Shown: positions 1 to 13,651 of the stretch, one piece after another
How the letters are laid out: every line of letters begins with the position of its first letter
How positions within the stretch are numbered: the first letter of the stretch is position 1
Source of the DNA: Octopus sinensis
Taxonomy: Eukaryota
Direction of reading: 5' to 3'
DNA: 61,022 nucleotides
Assembly (NCBI RefSeq): GCF_006345805.1
Contig: NW_021834508.1
Coordinates: 1 to 61,022 of the forward strand
The notes under the pieces: generated by a model
Told to the model about the DNA's origin: nothing
What the model saw: only the letters and a program-made list of their open reading frames with translations
Database searches by the model: none
Translations under genes and position numbers: made by a program

Positions 1-460
1 TGTGTACATATACATATGCATATGCATATATATATATATATATATACACATGTGTATATATATATACGCGGTTCGCATATATGTATTATACATATATACA
101 TTTGTACGCATTTGCATACATGCATACATTCATACATACCGTTCTTAGCCGAAAGCCCCAGGTCGATAACATTACTTATTCAAAATTAAAGCTACAGGAA
201 TCAATCCAAGGAGATGAATGTCAATGAGCCTCGGGCGATGGAACTATAAGAATCAATAATGAACTAATGTTGAAGAAATAATTTTATTCCAATCCACATA
301 ACAGAATTTCCGCTTAATTGCAATGCCCACCTGAGTGAAAAACACGATACGCTGTCAGTCTCTGTCAGTCTCTGTCAGGTTGTCTGTCTTGGACAAAATA
401 ATGGAAACACCTAACATTCTAGCATCATAATTTTGAAATATCTATAAAACCGCCAAAAGC

Positions 461-876
461 TTACTCTTTTTCTTTTTTTTTTTTACTCTTTTTCTTGTTT
501 CAGTCATTTGACTGCGGCGATGCTGGAGCACCGCCTTTAATCGAGCAACTCGACCCCGGGACTTATTCTTTTGTAAGCCCAGTACTTATTCTATCGGTCT
601 CTTTTGCCGAACCGCTAAGTAACGGGGACATAAACACACCAGCATCGGTTGTCAAGCAATGCTAGGGGGACAAACACAAACACACAAACACACACACGCA
701 TATACATATATACGACGGGCTTCTTTCAGTTTCCGTCTACCAAATCCACTCACAAGGCTTTGGTCGGCCCGAGGCTATAGTAGAAGACACTTGCCCAAGG
801 TGCCACGCAGTGGGACTGAACCCGCAACCATGTGGTTGGTAAGCAAGCTACTTACCACACAGCCACTTCTGCGCCT
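461..876 (-). mobile_element. tRNA-derived SINE family A (CORE-SINE-like; resembles octopus OR-type SINEs)
   Basis: The reverse strand reads AGGCGCAGAAGTGGCTGTGTGGTAAG (A box), GGTTCAGTCCC (B box), a CCTTGGGCAAGTGTCTT CORE-like motif, an internal (TG/TA) tract and a GTAAAAGA-type tail. More than 10 copies or fragments occur in the window. Confidence 0.9.
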
Positions 877-988
877 GTTCATTTTTATTATTCTTTTTTT
901 ATTTATTATTAGTGTTGCTTAATGTTTTGCTAAAATTGCTGTTTCTTTTCAGATATTATCAGAAAAAAGGTAATTAACTTTCATTAAA

Positions 989-1539
989 ATGACAGGTGTA
1001 TCGGACTTTCAAAGATGTCATATTGTTGGTGCTCGTATGGCAGGCGCTAATGTAAAGAAAGCAGTCGAAATGTTTCGTGTATCAAGAAGTACTGTCTCGA
1101 AAGAAATGACAGATTTTGAGAAAGGGGGAAAACCTCTTCGTCGGAACAAAACTCCGTAAGAAATCCCAAACTTTCAGATAGAGACCATCGGACTCTTACG
1201 CGAATTGTTAGAAAGGATCACAAAAGTACAGCTCCCAAAATTACTGCAGAGCTTAATGACCACCTCGAGAACCAAGTTTCCACAAAAACTGTTCGACGGG
1301 AACTGCACGAAGCCGGATTTCACGAGAGGGCTGCAATCAGAAAACCGCTACTTTCAGAAACAAACGTTGCACAGCGTTCAGAGTGGAGTAAAAACCTACA
1401 GAATTGGTCCCTAGAGCAGTGAAAGAAAGTTATTTTCTCGGACGAGTCATCCTTTACCTTATTTGTGATCAACGGCCGAGTATATGTGTGGGGACAGCCA
1501 AAAGAAGCATTTGACTCAGATTGCCTTCTTCCAACGTAG
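989..1539 (+). mobile_element. Tc1-family transposase pseudogene (N-terminal HTH region to first catalytic D)
   Basis: Manual translation with one frameshift and one stop: MTGVSDFQRCHIVGARMAG..VSRSTVSK../..PKLSDRDHRTLTRIVRKD..TVRRELHEAGF..RKPLLS..W..*KKVIFSDESSFTLF..GRVYVW. Truncated after LLPT. Confidence 0.9.
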
Positions 1540-1929
1540 GTATGTATATATATACATATATATATGTATGTACATAAACACATGTTTGTATATATTACCT
1601 GTGTGTGTGTATATATGTCAGCATGTGTGTGTATACATATTTGTGCGTATATATGTATATACATATTAGAATTCTGTATTTCTTTGAAAATAATATATTC
1701 TCCTCTTGAAGAAAGTTGGAAACAGTTCTGGAATACACTTCGTATCTGCTGTAGCTGTTTATTCTCCTGATTAACCGCAATGATCTCACCGGTCGGGGTA
1801 GCATGCGAAGAGCACAAGCATGAGATGAAAATTGATTTTAGCACTTTATAACAACAAGAACAAATGATCACAAACACAGCAATAAATGCCCGAAAATTAT
1901 CTACCTAACTGTGTGTGTGTGTGCGTGTG

Positions 1930-3129
<1,200 letters not shown>

Positions 3130-4116
3130 CCCATTCATCCATCCATCTATCTATGTATCTTATCAATTTACTTATCTCTATGTCTGTTTGTCTATTGGGT
3201 TACTAATGTATAATATTTTGTTTTGCTGCGGTTAGCAAACTTTGTGTTACGTAATCTTTTATATCTTGTTGAAATTTTACAAGTTAATTTGCTTTTCATA
3301 TTTATACCTGCAATATAACTTTAGAACATAAATTTTGGAAATTTTCCATACATATGTAAGCAAATATCTTCGCATATCGATCGAAAAGAAAGAAAAATAA
3401 AACAGATTCGTATAAGTTATGCATTCCATGGACAAAGTAAATTTATATATAAATACGATGGGCTATTCAATACAATTGTAGAAGCAAATATCTACAAAAT
3501 ATATTTTTAAAAGAATTTTGACTACAAAAATTCTGTTTTTAGCAACAAATAAAATTAAATATTCTTCTGACTATATGTTCATCTAATCTCCATTATAAGC
3601 ACAAACCAAAACAAACACACACATATATACACAAATACACTCACACACATAAGATGTTTAAACGATTAATATATATATAAAACTATTGCTATGTATCTAC
3701 ATGTATTTGTATGCGTATTAGTCGGTTACACGCTTATTTAAATACTGGAAGCCGTGTTAATTCAAGTTTAAATTTAAACATTTAAACACGGCTCAGTGTT
3801 TTCTAACTAAGTTATTTGAATGAAAATACAAATATTTTCTGCCAGTATTTAATAACATACAAATGGCAGAAGAATTCTTTACTGGCTAGACGTAAATTCC
3901 TTCCTCTTGAAAGCGTTCTTACGTCTGTGCCTATACATACATTCGTGCCTACCTACCTACCTACATACTTAAATATACCATAGGTACAATTATATATACA
4001 TGTATAGAAATAGAAATACTTATTCAAACGCAACCACACGTATAAATGCCTACAACCACTTCATCAATTCATATATAGGCATAATTATGCATATACATAC
4101 AATCATACATGCATGC

Positions 4117-4147
<31 letters not shown>

Positions 4148-4224
4148 CATACATACATACATGCGTGCATACATACACACATATATAAACATACATAGAT
4201 ACAGGTATATATATATGTATATAT

Positions 4225-5240
4225 GGGAAAGTGGAGTTCCTCCTTCATGTCCGGAAGCCCTTCCCCCTCGTCGCCTCAGGATTCATAGGTGGGCAACGAT
4301 TGTTTCCCACATTCTTTTTTTCCTTTCTTTTTCGAGGGGGTTGGCACTCCGTCGACTTCCTCCTTCCTGGGGGAGAAGGGTGCTCTTCGCCTATTAACTG
4401 CTCCAGGACCTTTGCTTGGTCCCGGCGACAGGTTTTCTTTATGTGACCCAATTCCAGGTACAGGTGATATTTGGGGGGGAGGGGCGTCCCTCAAGGATCA
4501 CCGGGTACCTGGAACCAGCCATTGTTAAAAAATCTGGCAAAGCCAGATCTTGGGCTAATTGGGTCCATAGGGTCAAAATTACTTTTGAACCCATCCAATC
4601 AGATGCAGGGAGAATTCTGGCATTCAAGAGCCTGGCAGTGCTGCCACCCAGACCCCGACAGATAATGCCTTCTACCCATTCGGGTCCTATACCGGGTGGT
4701 AGCCAACACACCCAGCTCTTGTCAGTCTCCTTCCTTCATAAGTGGGGAGAAACAAAATTTTCTGCCCTTCCAATGGTCGGCTCGCGAAATCCCGATCCTC
4801 CGCGGAAGTGTCAAACAACACACACACCATCACGTATTTAGCACCCTTTTGGATAAACTTAATCGTTGGCAGGTATTCCGCCAACTCTTTTTCAATATCC
4901 GTCTGTGTGAATACAGTGATGATGTCAAGAAACTTAGAATAGATTCTTAACACCACCGTTCTCTCAGAAAAATGTCGCAGCACAAAATTTCAATTTTGGT
5001 TTCTCACAATTAAGTGAGACACAAAAAAATATTTTCCTGGCCTTCCGGTACTCCCGGCGAAAATGGTAATCCACGGGCACAAAAATAGTCAGAAATACCA
5101 GTCAAAAAATAGCAGTTAAAATATCACTATTTTCAGAAGGGATAGCCTCCCAAAAGAAACTTCTCACAATTAAGTGAGAAAGATTCACTGCTCCATCGCA
5201 GGCAGACCAAAAGCCCAGAATCCAGTGAGGACTCATTGCT
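4225..5240 (-). mobile_element. 5' part (5' UTR plus frameshifted ORF1) of a probable L1/Tx1-type LINE
   Basis: ORF pieces ..ERTVVLRIYSK..LFDTSAE..LFLPTYEGRRLTR / WLPPGIGPEWV.. followed by a degenerate zinc knuckle (YHLYLELGHIKKTC). Homologous to the ORF at 48148-48513. Confidence 0.65.
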
Positions 5241-5854
5241 TGTACAAAAAAAATAATAATAATAATAAACTCCACAAACAATGAATCCCACTGGACTCAA
5301 AAAGCAAAACGTCTTACCTTACAGTAGAGCGTCTTTCAATTTCAGCTTTCGTCCGCTGCACACCAGCGTGACGACTTCAACCGGTGAGTACTGGAACCGG
5401 AAGCAAGCTTCCTACCACACAGTTATATCTGCCCCTATGCCTCTCCCCAACCACACAAAAAAAATAAAAAAATGCAAATGCAGTTCCCTTCATTCAATTC
5501 CATAGTGAAACATCGGTTCATGTTTTTTTTTTGGTTTCATTTTCCTCTGAATTTTAAAATTTAAATAAGTTTTTTTTTGAAGCACATCAGTGGTGTATAC
5601 GAGAATATTGTTTTGCAAAATTATAAGTAATAAAACTAAATAAAGTATATTTTTTTCTTTACTTTTGCGGTAATTTTTTGATACTTAAAACGCTTTTTTA
5701 AAACAAAAATCTGAGATATGGATTAGGACTTACTTTAGTTTGATCTCTTGTCAGCCAGGGATTCTCCATTATTTAGAATTACCGTAGTAGAGAAGGAGTT
5801 GGAAAATATGATTAAAAACTTTCGGACAATTCTTATAAATTTTGAGCGAGTTAA

Positions 5855-5920
5855 AAAATCCTGTTATTCATATTTGTGTTATACACAAATATGATTAATG
5901 AAAAGGATAACCAAGAACTT
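5855..5920 (+). repeat. Unclassified dispersed repeat, second copy at ~8305-8370
   Basis: AAAATCCTGTTATTCATATTTGTGTTATACACAAATATGATTAATGAAAA versus AAAATCCTGATATTCATAATTTCGTTATGCACAAATATGATTAATGAAAA. Confidence 0.6.
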
Positions 5921-6497
5921 CCGACATTCTTTTATTTTTAACGATAACATAACCTTTCTAAAATAGCACCGATGTGATATTTGTCTGTAATATTTCACTT
6001 TGAACCCTAATACTCTATATCAAAGGCATTAAGGACCGCTGTGCAATTTGAGGGAGATTTAGCTGCTATTTCTCGCAGATCTAGTGAACATGTTGAAGTA
6101 ACTCTACAAGCTTATATTACAATTGCTGTTTACATGAGGGGGTTCTAGTTTGCAGGACGAGTCTATATTGCAGTTCAGCCGCCATTTATTCCGATATTGA
6201 ATGTCTATGTTTATGTAATTTATACAAAGACGTGCGTTAATAATTCACTCAGTTAGTGTACGCACAAAAATAGTTCTCCATTTGTGTTGTCCGTTACAGC
6301 TGCATGTTAGTGACTTCATTACACCATCCATTATTATAATAGAGGCTGGATGGTGTTATTGATGCACAAAGCTTGTCATTGTTGATGGTGTTGTAGCTGT
6401 TGTGTTTTGGTTTCTGTGGTAGACTTCGCTATTTTGATTTTTGAGCTTGAAATGAATCTGCTTGGGTTGTTGGTTAGGTTGCAGTTGTTACGTTTCT

Positions 6498-7081
6498 TAT
6501 TTCTTTATTGTCCAGACAGAGAGGACAAACAAGGACGGACAAATGGATTAAGTCGATTATATCGACCCCAGTGCGTAACTGGTATTTGATTTATCGACAC
6601 CGAAAGGATGAAAGACAAAGTCGACCCCAGCGGCATTTGAACTCAGAACGTAGCGGCTGACGAAATACCTATTTCTTTACTACCCACAAGGGGCTAAACA
6701 CAGAGAGGACAAACAATGACAGACAAACGGATTACGTCGATTATATCGACCCCAGTGCGTAACTGGTACTTATTTAATCGACCCCGAAAGGATGAAAAGC
6801 AAAGTCGACCTCGGCGGAATTTGAACTCAGAACGTAGCGACAGACGAAATACCTATTTCTTTACTGCCCACAAGGGGCTAAACACAGAGCGGACAAACAA
6901 GGACAGACAAACGGATTAAGTCGATTGTATCGACCCCAGCGCGTAACTGATATTTAATTTATCGACACCGAAAGGATGAAAGGCAAAGTCGACCTCAGCG
7001 GAATTTGAACTCAGAACGTTGCGGCAGACGAAATACCGCTGAGCATTTCGCCTTGCGTGCTAACGATTCTTCCAGCCCGCC
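6498..7081 (-). mobile_element. tRNA-derived SINE family B, head plus tandem body repeats (trimer), 17-bp TSD
   Basis: One head (A box ..CTGG(C)AGAA.., B box GAGTTCAAATTCC), three bodies carrying the (G)CCTTTCATCCTTTCGGGGTCGAT domain, and TSD GCAGTTGTTACGTTTCT at 6481-6497 and 7082-7098. Confidence 0.88.
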
Positions 7082-7636
7082 GCAGTTGTTACGTTTCTAG
7101 TGTGGTTGTGATGTGTTGGCCCTGGTTGTTGTTGTGGCGTTTGTTGTTCTGCTTCTTACATTTGAACTTGTTCTGGATGTGGTTGCAGTTGTGTTTGTTC
7201 TTCCTGTTGTGAGAATTAGTCTTCGGCGCTTTTGTTGTGGTGATTGTTGCGGTGGTTGTTTTTATTGTTGTAGTTGTTGCTCAGATTGTTGTCCTTACTG
7301 TGGGAGTTATTACTTGTGTTGTTGCTGTGTTTGTCGAATACTTTCCTAAGTTGTTAAGACAGTGATTCGCAAACTGTGGGTGTGTCGTTAACTGAGATCT
7401 CGTGCTCCATAGAGTGTAAAAATCTAATTCAAGCCCTCTACAAATCAATTTTCATGCATGAGTGATTTGAAAACCTTGTTATTCATAATTTATTTTTACA
7501 CAAGTGTGAATTATAAATCTAAGGACACAGTTTCGTTTCTATATTATCTTTTTTAAGTTTTAAAATCTAAAGTTGATATATTCAAAATCATGACTATGTA
7601 ATGGCCAATAGAATTTAAAATCTAAAACATTTTGAA

Positions 7637-7780
7637 AGGCGCAGGAGTGGCTGTGTGGTAAGTAGCTTGCTAACCAACCACATGGTTCCGGGTTCTGCTA
7701 TAGCCTCGGGCCGACCAATACCTTGTGAGTGGATTTGGTAGACGGAAACTGAAAGAAGCCTGTCGTATATATGTATATAT

Positions 7781-7865
<85 letters not shown>

Positions 7866-8073
7866 GTGTGTTTGTGTGTCTGTGTTTGTCCCCCTAGCAT
7901 TGCTTGACAACCGATGCTGGTGTGTTTACGTCACCGACACTTAGCGGTTCGGCAAAAGAGACCGATAGAATAAGTACTGGGCTTACAAAAGAATAAGTCC
8001 CGGGGTCGATTTGCTCGACTAAAGGCGGTGCTCCAGCATGACCGCAGTCAAATGACTGAAACAAGTAAAAGAA
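7637..8073 (+). mobile_element. SINE family A with an internal deletion and expanded (TA)n
   Basis: AGGCGCAGGAGTGGCTGTGTGGTAAG head and matching 3' tail ..GACTGAAACAAGTAAAAGA. Confidence 0.88.
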
Positions 8074-9352
8074 TATATCTATGAGCTGGGTGCCAGAATT
8101 TTCCCACTCATGGACGAATAATAAAATGAAACCTAACACATTTTTTATATGCTGCCAAGTTTAAAATTACAAAAAAATGTGAGATTTACATCAAAAGATG
8201 TCTGCTATGGATTCAACCTTCTTTAGAATTACTGCTGTAGAGTCTGGATTTGCAAAATATAATTTAGGGCTTCAGAAAATTCCTATTAATGCTTGGGCGA
8301 CTTTAAAAATCCTGATATTCATAATTTCGTTATGCACAAATATGATTAATGAAAAAAAATAAACAAGAATGTTCATTTTGTGCTTAATTTTTAAGGTGAA
8401 AGCTGTTTTCTAAAGGAATGTTCATGCGAGGGTTGTCAGTCATGTCATATTGTCACCAATACATTATTTAGATAATGTATATACCCGTGGTAATCAAAAG
8501 CTGGTGTGTACGAACATTAGTAATACGTTCATTAAATGGGATAAGGAACATCAAATTTAAAGGTTATTATTTCTACAGATGATCCGCTGTTCCAATTCAT
8601 TTATTTGTACTTGAATTCAATCAATCTGATGATTTTCTAGTTTCTTTATATCAGATCTCCTAACCCTATCCAATGAGGGTATTCATGCTCTATCATATTT
8701 TGAAGTAAAGTTCAATAAATTTTGAAGAAAATCAGCCTATCACTTGTACAGTTATCATTTAGTATTTTCGCCATTTTATTTTCAGATTGATCCGTTGGTA
8801 TTTAATCGCTGATATAAAAATACTTCTGTAGACGACGCTTATCTCATAGTAGCTTTGGCAGAAAAGGTAGAGCGATGCATAACATGCCCTGTGTAGGCAG
8901 GAGTATCCTAAGACGTATGTTGTTTCGTTGTTTCCAAGCTCGACCCACACAATATGTAACATGTGCCATTGAATAGACAAAACTGTAGAACAAGCAATGG
9001 CAGCTGGTCTGAAATATGAGGTGCAATAACATTTACTTGCCAAGCCGTTTCTCTTTCATGTGTAGGAGGAACATTAGATATTTTCCACATTTTCTATATT
9101 TTCCAAACTTCTGATTAAAATTATAACCTCATTTTAATAATAACGCTTTTCTTAACTTATTTTCATCTACTTTTTGTGTCTCCCTCCCCCCCTCTCTCTC
9201 TCTCACTCTCTTTATATATATATATATATATATATTTATATAAAACATAATAAGGGTGAACAATTGAATATCAATTTGATTAAAGTTAATTTAAATCCAG
9301 TGGCCTAGCATATTGAAAAATCTGGATTTTCAGAAAAAATTATATTGCATCC

Positions 9353-9589
9353 ATATAAGAGGGATGGCCTGTAAGTGGACATCCATTATGATAGAAGAAG
9401 ATCCGCTATGGTCTTACCACTAAGAAAGGAATGTTCTCAAGTAAATTTAGCAAACGCCTTAACGTAAGCGAGCAAGATTGCCTTCTGAGGTTTGCTAAAT
9501 TTTCTTGAGAACATTCCTTTCTTAGTGGTAAGACCATGGCGGATCTTCTAGCATAATGGATGTCCACATACAGGTCATCCCTGTTATAT
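9353..9589. repeat. Fold-back inverted repeat (~100-bp arms, ~35-nt spacer) between (TA)n tracts
   Basis: 9353-9455 is the near-perfect reverse complement of 9490-9589. Confidence 0.9.
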
Positions 9590-9599
9590 ATATATATAC

Positions 9600-10173
9600 A
9601 TTATAATAAAGGGTTAATTGCAACAAGTTGCTCAATACCACATACCGAAAATATTAGAAATGGCAGCCAAAAAGGTCACTATTTCTCCTACTAGTAAAAA
9701 AGTCTCTACAAACAAACAGAATTTGAAACCCGTATATGGTAAAGAGAAAGAAAATAACGAAATTCCAGCCTATTTGGATTAATTATGGACGAAATCGTTT
9801 GGAGGGAGATACGAATTCGCCTGTCTATATAAATATAGAGATGCTGGCAGACCGTTAGATCGTTCGATGTCGCCTGATCGAGCCGGTGTAGTGGGTGAGT
9901 TTATTTCCCTAGCATTTCTAGATTTATAGGAAATATTATATTGACAAGGAAATGAACCTCTGGTTCTACTCCAGAAACGATTTCGTCTATAATTAATCCA
10001 AATAGGTTGGGATTTCGTTATTTCTTTCTCTTTACCATATACGGGTTGCAACTTCTGTTTGTTTGTAGAGACTTTTTACTAGTAGGAAAAATGGTGACCT
10101 ATTTGGCTGCCATTTCTAATATTTTCGGTATGTGGTTTTGAGCAACTTGTTGCAATTAACCCTTTATTATAAT
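9600..10173. repeat. Fold-back inverted repeat (~200-bp arms, ~175-nt spacer), probable PLE inverted terminal duplication
   Basis: 9600-9800 is the reverse complement of ~9975-10173. The module continues to TTCACCCTTTTTG-(TA)n near 10270. Confidence 0.9.
9935..9993 (+). ncRNA. Type-I hammerhead-like ribozyme with a U3-A8 core variant
   Basis: ATTATA-TTGACAA-GGA(AAT)GAACC TCT GGTTC(TAC)TCC-A-GAAA-CGATTTCG-TC-TATAAT: 6-bp stem I, stem II hairpin, stem III ACGA/TCGT and a GUC cleavage triplet. Confidence 0.72.
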
Positions 10174-10504
10174 TAATATAATCCTTACCAAATATGGTCT
10201 TTTCCATACCGATAAAACTACTAGGTGAAATTTATTAATTTTATTGAATTAATTATATTTCACCCTTTTTGTATATATATATACATAGGTTTTTCACAAT
10301 AGCGCTCACGTTGTATTATTCGTCTGTTCAAATTCATGCGTTTTTCTAAGCCCTTATTCGGAAGATCAACGTATTTCATTGTATGTTTCCATTTCCAGTC
10401 CTTGAGGTGAACAGACGAATAATTATTATTGTTATGAATATTTTCATACTTATTAAAATAAAGCAATACAAATATTAAATCGAAAGTGAGTCGAAAACAC
10501 ATCA

Positions 10505-10762
10505 TTGTGTTCTTGAGCAAGACACTTTACTTCACGTTGCTCCAGTTCACTAAGCTGTAGAAATGAGTTGCGACATTACTGGTGCCGAGCTGTATCGGCC
10601 CCTTTGCCTTTCCCTTGGATAACACTGGTGGCGTGGAGAGGGGAGGCCGGTATGCATGGGAAACTGCTGGTCTTCCATAAACCACCTTGCCCGGACTTGT
10701 GCCTGGGAGGGTAACTTTCTAGGTGCAATCCCATGGTCAGTCATGACCGAAGGGGCTCTCAG
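10505..10762 (+). mobile_element. 5'-truncated CORE-type SINE (family D)
   Basis: GTGTTCTTGAGCAAGACACTTTACTTCACGTTGCTCCAGTTCAC..GCTGTAGAAATGAG core-like motif, 3' end CCATGGTCAGTCATGACCGAAGGGG, then (ATT)n. Confidence 0.6.
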
Positions 10763-10772
10763 CATATTATTA

Positions 10773-10836
<64 letters not shown>

Positions 10837-10858
10837 CATTATTATTATTATTGTTATT

Positions 10859-11176
10859 GAGTGAAAGAGCAGTGCATGCCAAACCCAATTTACCCATCAT
10901 GACTACCCGTACACCAGGTACATGCATCACAACCATATGTGCGGTACATGGTGGTCTCATATCAAGATAAACAGCACACGACCTTGCAGGTGGGGCCCAG
11001 TTAGAATTTTCTTTGGGTCAAGTTGCCTAACCCGCTCAAAAGGTCCCTAGATACGGGTTGTTTAAGGATGTTGTACAAAACACCCATGTTTCCAAGGGTG
11101 AATTATCTAAACCTCCAAGAATTCCTTTCAACACAGAGCTATGATGCTCTCCCACTACTTCTGCTCGTGATCATGA
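10859..11176. mobile_element. Complex insert bounded on both sides by (ATT)n, possibly the 3' UTR of a TAA-targeting non-LTR element
   Basis: About 320 bp of complex sequence embedded exactly in (ATT)n arrays; no ORF recognised. Confidence 0.4.
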
Positions 11177-11209
11177 CTACCTGTTATTATTATTATCATT
11201 ATTATTATA

Positions 11210-11289
<80 letters not shown>

Positions 11290-11320
11290 CATTATTATTA
11301 TTATCGTTATTATTATAATT

Positions 11321-11355
<35 letters not shown>

Positions 11356-11358
11356 TAT

Positions 11359-11399
<41 letters not shown>

Positions 11400-11907
11400 C
11401 TAACTACTACTGTTACTACTAGAAGTAGCAGTAGTAGCAGTAGCGATTGTGGTGTTTAGTAGTAGTAATATTAGTGGTGGTGGTGGTGGTGGTTGTGGTG
11501 GGTATGGTGGTGGTGGTGGTGGTGGTGGTGAAGGCGGTGTGGTAGTTCTGGTAAGAGCTTTATTAGATGAATTACAGTTGTTGTTCTTGTTGTTGTTGGT
11601 GTTGTTGTTGTTGTCGCTCTGCTTCCACTGGTGAATATATTAATCCAGCAAACATTAGAAGATCGGATTAAGAAGAAAGAAAACAGTTCTTAATTAATGA
11701 AAAACAGACAAATTGATTTCTGATGTGGTTTCGTTCGTTTTTTTTTTTTGTTTTTGTTTTTGCTTGTTTTTCTTTGTTTTCGTTATCTTTTATTACAGTT
11801 TTATTATCAGAGGGTTAAAGATAAATTTGAGGGGGGGGGTGTTTATGTATGTATGTATGTATGTGAGTAATTATTCGTGTGTGTGTGAGTGTGCGTGAAT
11901 GTGTATG

Positions 11908-11938
<31 letters not shown>

Positions 11939-12076
11939 ATGTAATGTAAAGTACATTTACGTACATACATATATGTTTGTACATACATCGGTGTGTAGAG
12001 GGAGATAATTGTACGTATACATGAATGTACATAGATACATACATATATATGTATATATATATATATATATAATATA

Positions 12077-12120
<44 letters not shown>

Positions 12121-12237
12121 TACATATATATAACATATATGTATACACACACATATATATATAAATATGTATATGTATATATATATACATAGAAAAATGT
12201 GTATGTATGTATATATATATATATGTGTGTGTGTATG

Positions 12238-12272
<35 letters not shown>

Positions 12273-12378
12273 TAGATAGATATAGATATAGATATACATA
12301 TATATGTCGATATATGTAATGCCGAATTATCATATCTACATGAATCATTACCTATATAAATACATAGATATAATACAT

Positions 12379-12434
<56 letters not shown>

Positions 12435-13120
12435 CATATACATATATCTATGTGAATATGTATGTTTATGTATTTTTATATATATCTATGTATGTATTAC
12501 ACGCGTACACATGTTCTCCCTCCAAGTTGTTAGAGACTGGTGAAGTGTTATCCGCGTCAATATATGTTAACTGTGTTATCTCAATGAATTACTGAAAAGA
12601 GAATGTGCAAAGCAGACGAACTGTGTATAATTCTACTACTACTGATTAACCAAGGCACGCTTGAGTGGATTCTTATACGAATATGTCTAGTTAGTTATGT
12701 AGTTATACTTAACCTGATTACAGACGAAGAAACGCATATGTCCAGGTACACATGGGCTCCAAAATGCGTTTAGGCAAACTTCCACGGTATCTTTACATAT
12801 TCATGCGTGTATGCGCGCGTATGTATGTAAGCAAACGTAAAAGAGCGAATGATGTTTGAATACATGCATATACAAACACACATATTTATATATTTATATA
12901 TATATTTACATATATATACTCATATATATATATGTATATAAATATATATATATATATATATATGCTTATGTATATATGCATATATAAATAAATATATATA
13001 CATACACAGATATGTATATATACATATACATAGATATATAGAATATACATATATTAGATATATAGATATATAAATATACGTGTATATATCCATATCTATC
13101 TATCTGTGTGTATATATATA

Positions 13121-13185
<65 letters not shown>

Positions 13186-13244
13186 ATATATATATATACA
13201 CACATACACATATATAGAGAACAAAGTGTATGTACGCCGCTATA

Positions 13245-13651
13245 TACTCTTTCACTTTTTTCAGACATTCGACTGCGGCCATGCGGGAGTAGCGCCTTTA
13301 ATCGAGCAACTCGACCCCGGGACTTATTCTTTTGTAAGTCCAGTACTTATACTATCGATCTTTTGCCGAACCGCTAAGTAACGGGGACATAAACACACCA
13401 GCATCGGTTGTCAAGCAATGCTAGGGGGACAAACACAGACACACAAACACACACACACACACACAGATATATATATATATATATATACGACGGGCTTCTT
13501 TCAGTTTCCGTCTACCAAATCCACTCACAAGGCTTTGGTCGGCCCGAGGCTATAGTAGAAGACACTTGCCCAAGGTGCCACACAGTGGGACTGAACCCGG
13601 TACCATGTGGTTGGTAAACTAGCTACTTACCACACACCCACTTCTCTGCCT
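13245..13651 (-). mobile_element. SINE family A
   Basis: Colinear with the 461-876 copy. Confidence 0.88.

Noticed and set aside
659-922. Recurrent '[19 protein letters not shown]' ORFs that look like a gene family
   Set aside because: They are antisense translations of SINE family A copies.
5330-5440. Micro-exon (TTTCAG..CG|GTGAGT)
   Set aside because: It lies in a degenerate SINE A remnant (AAGCAAGCTTCCTACCACACAG).
6498-7081. Regularly spaced repeats as a CRISPR-like array or retrozyme
   Set aside because: The units are whole SINE bodies with no unique spacers, and no hammerhead core was found in them.
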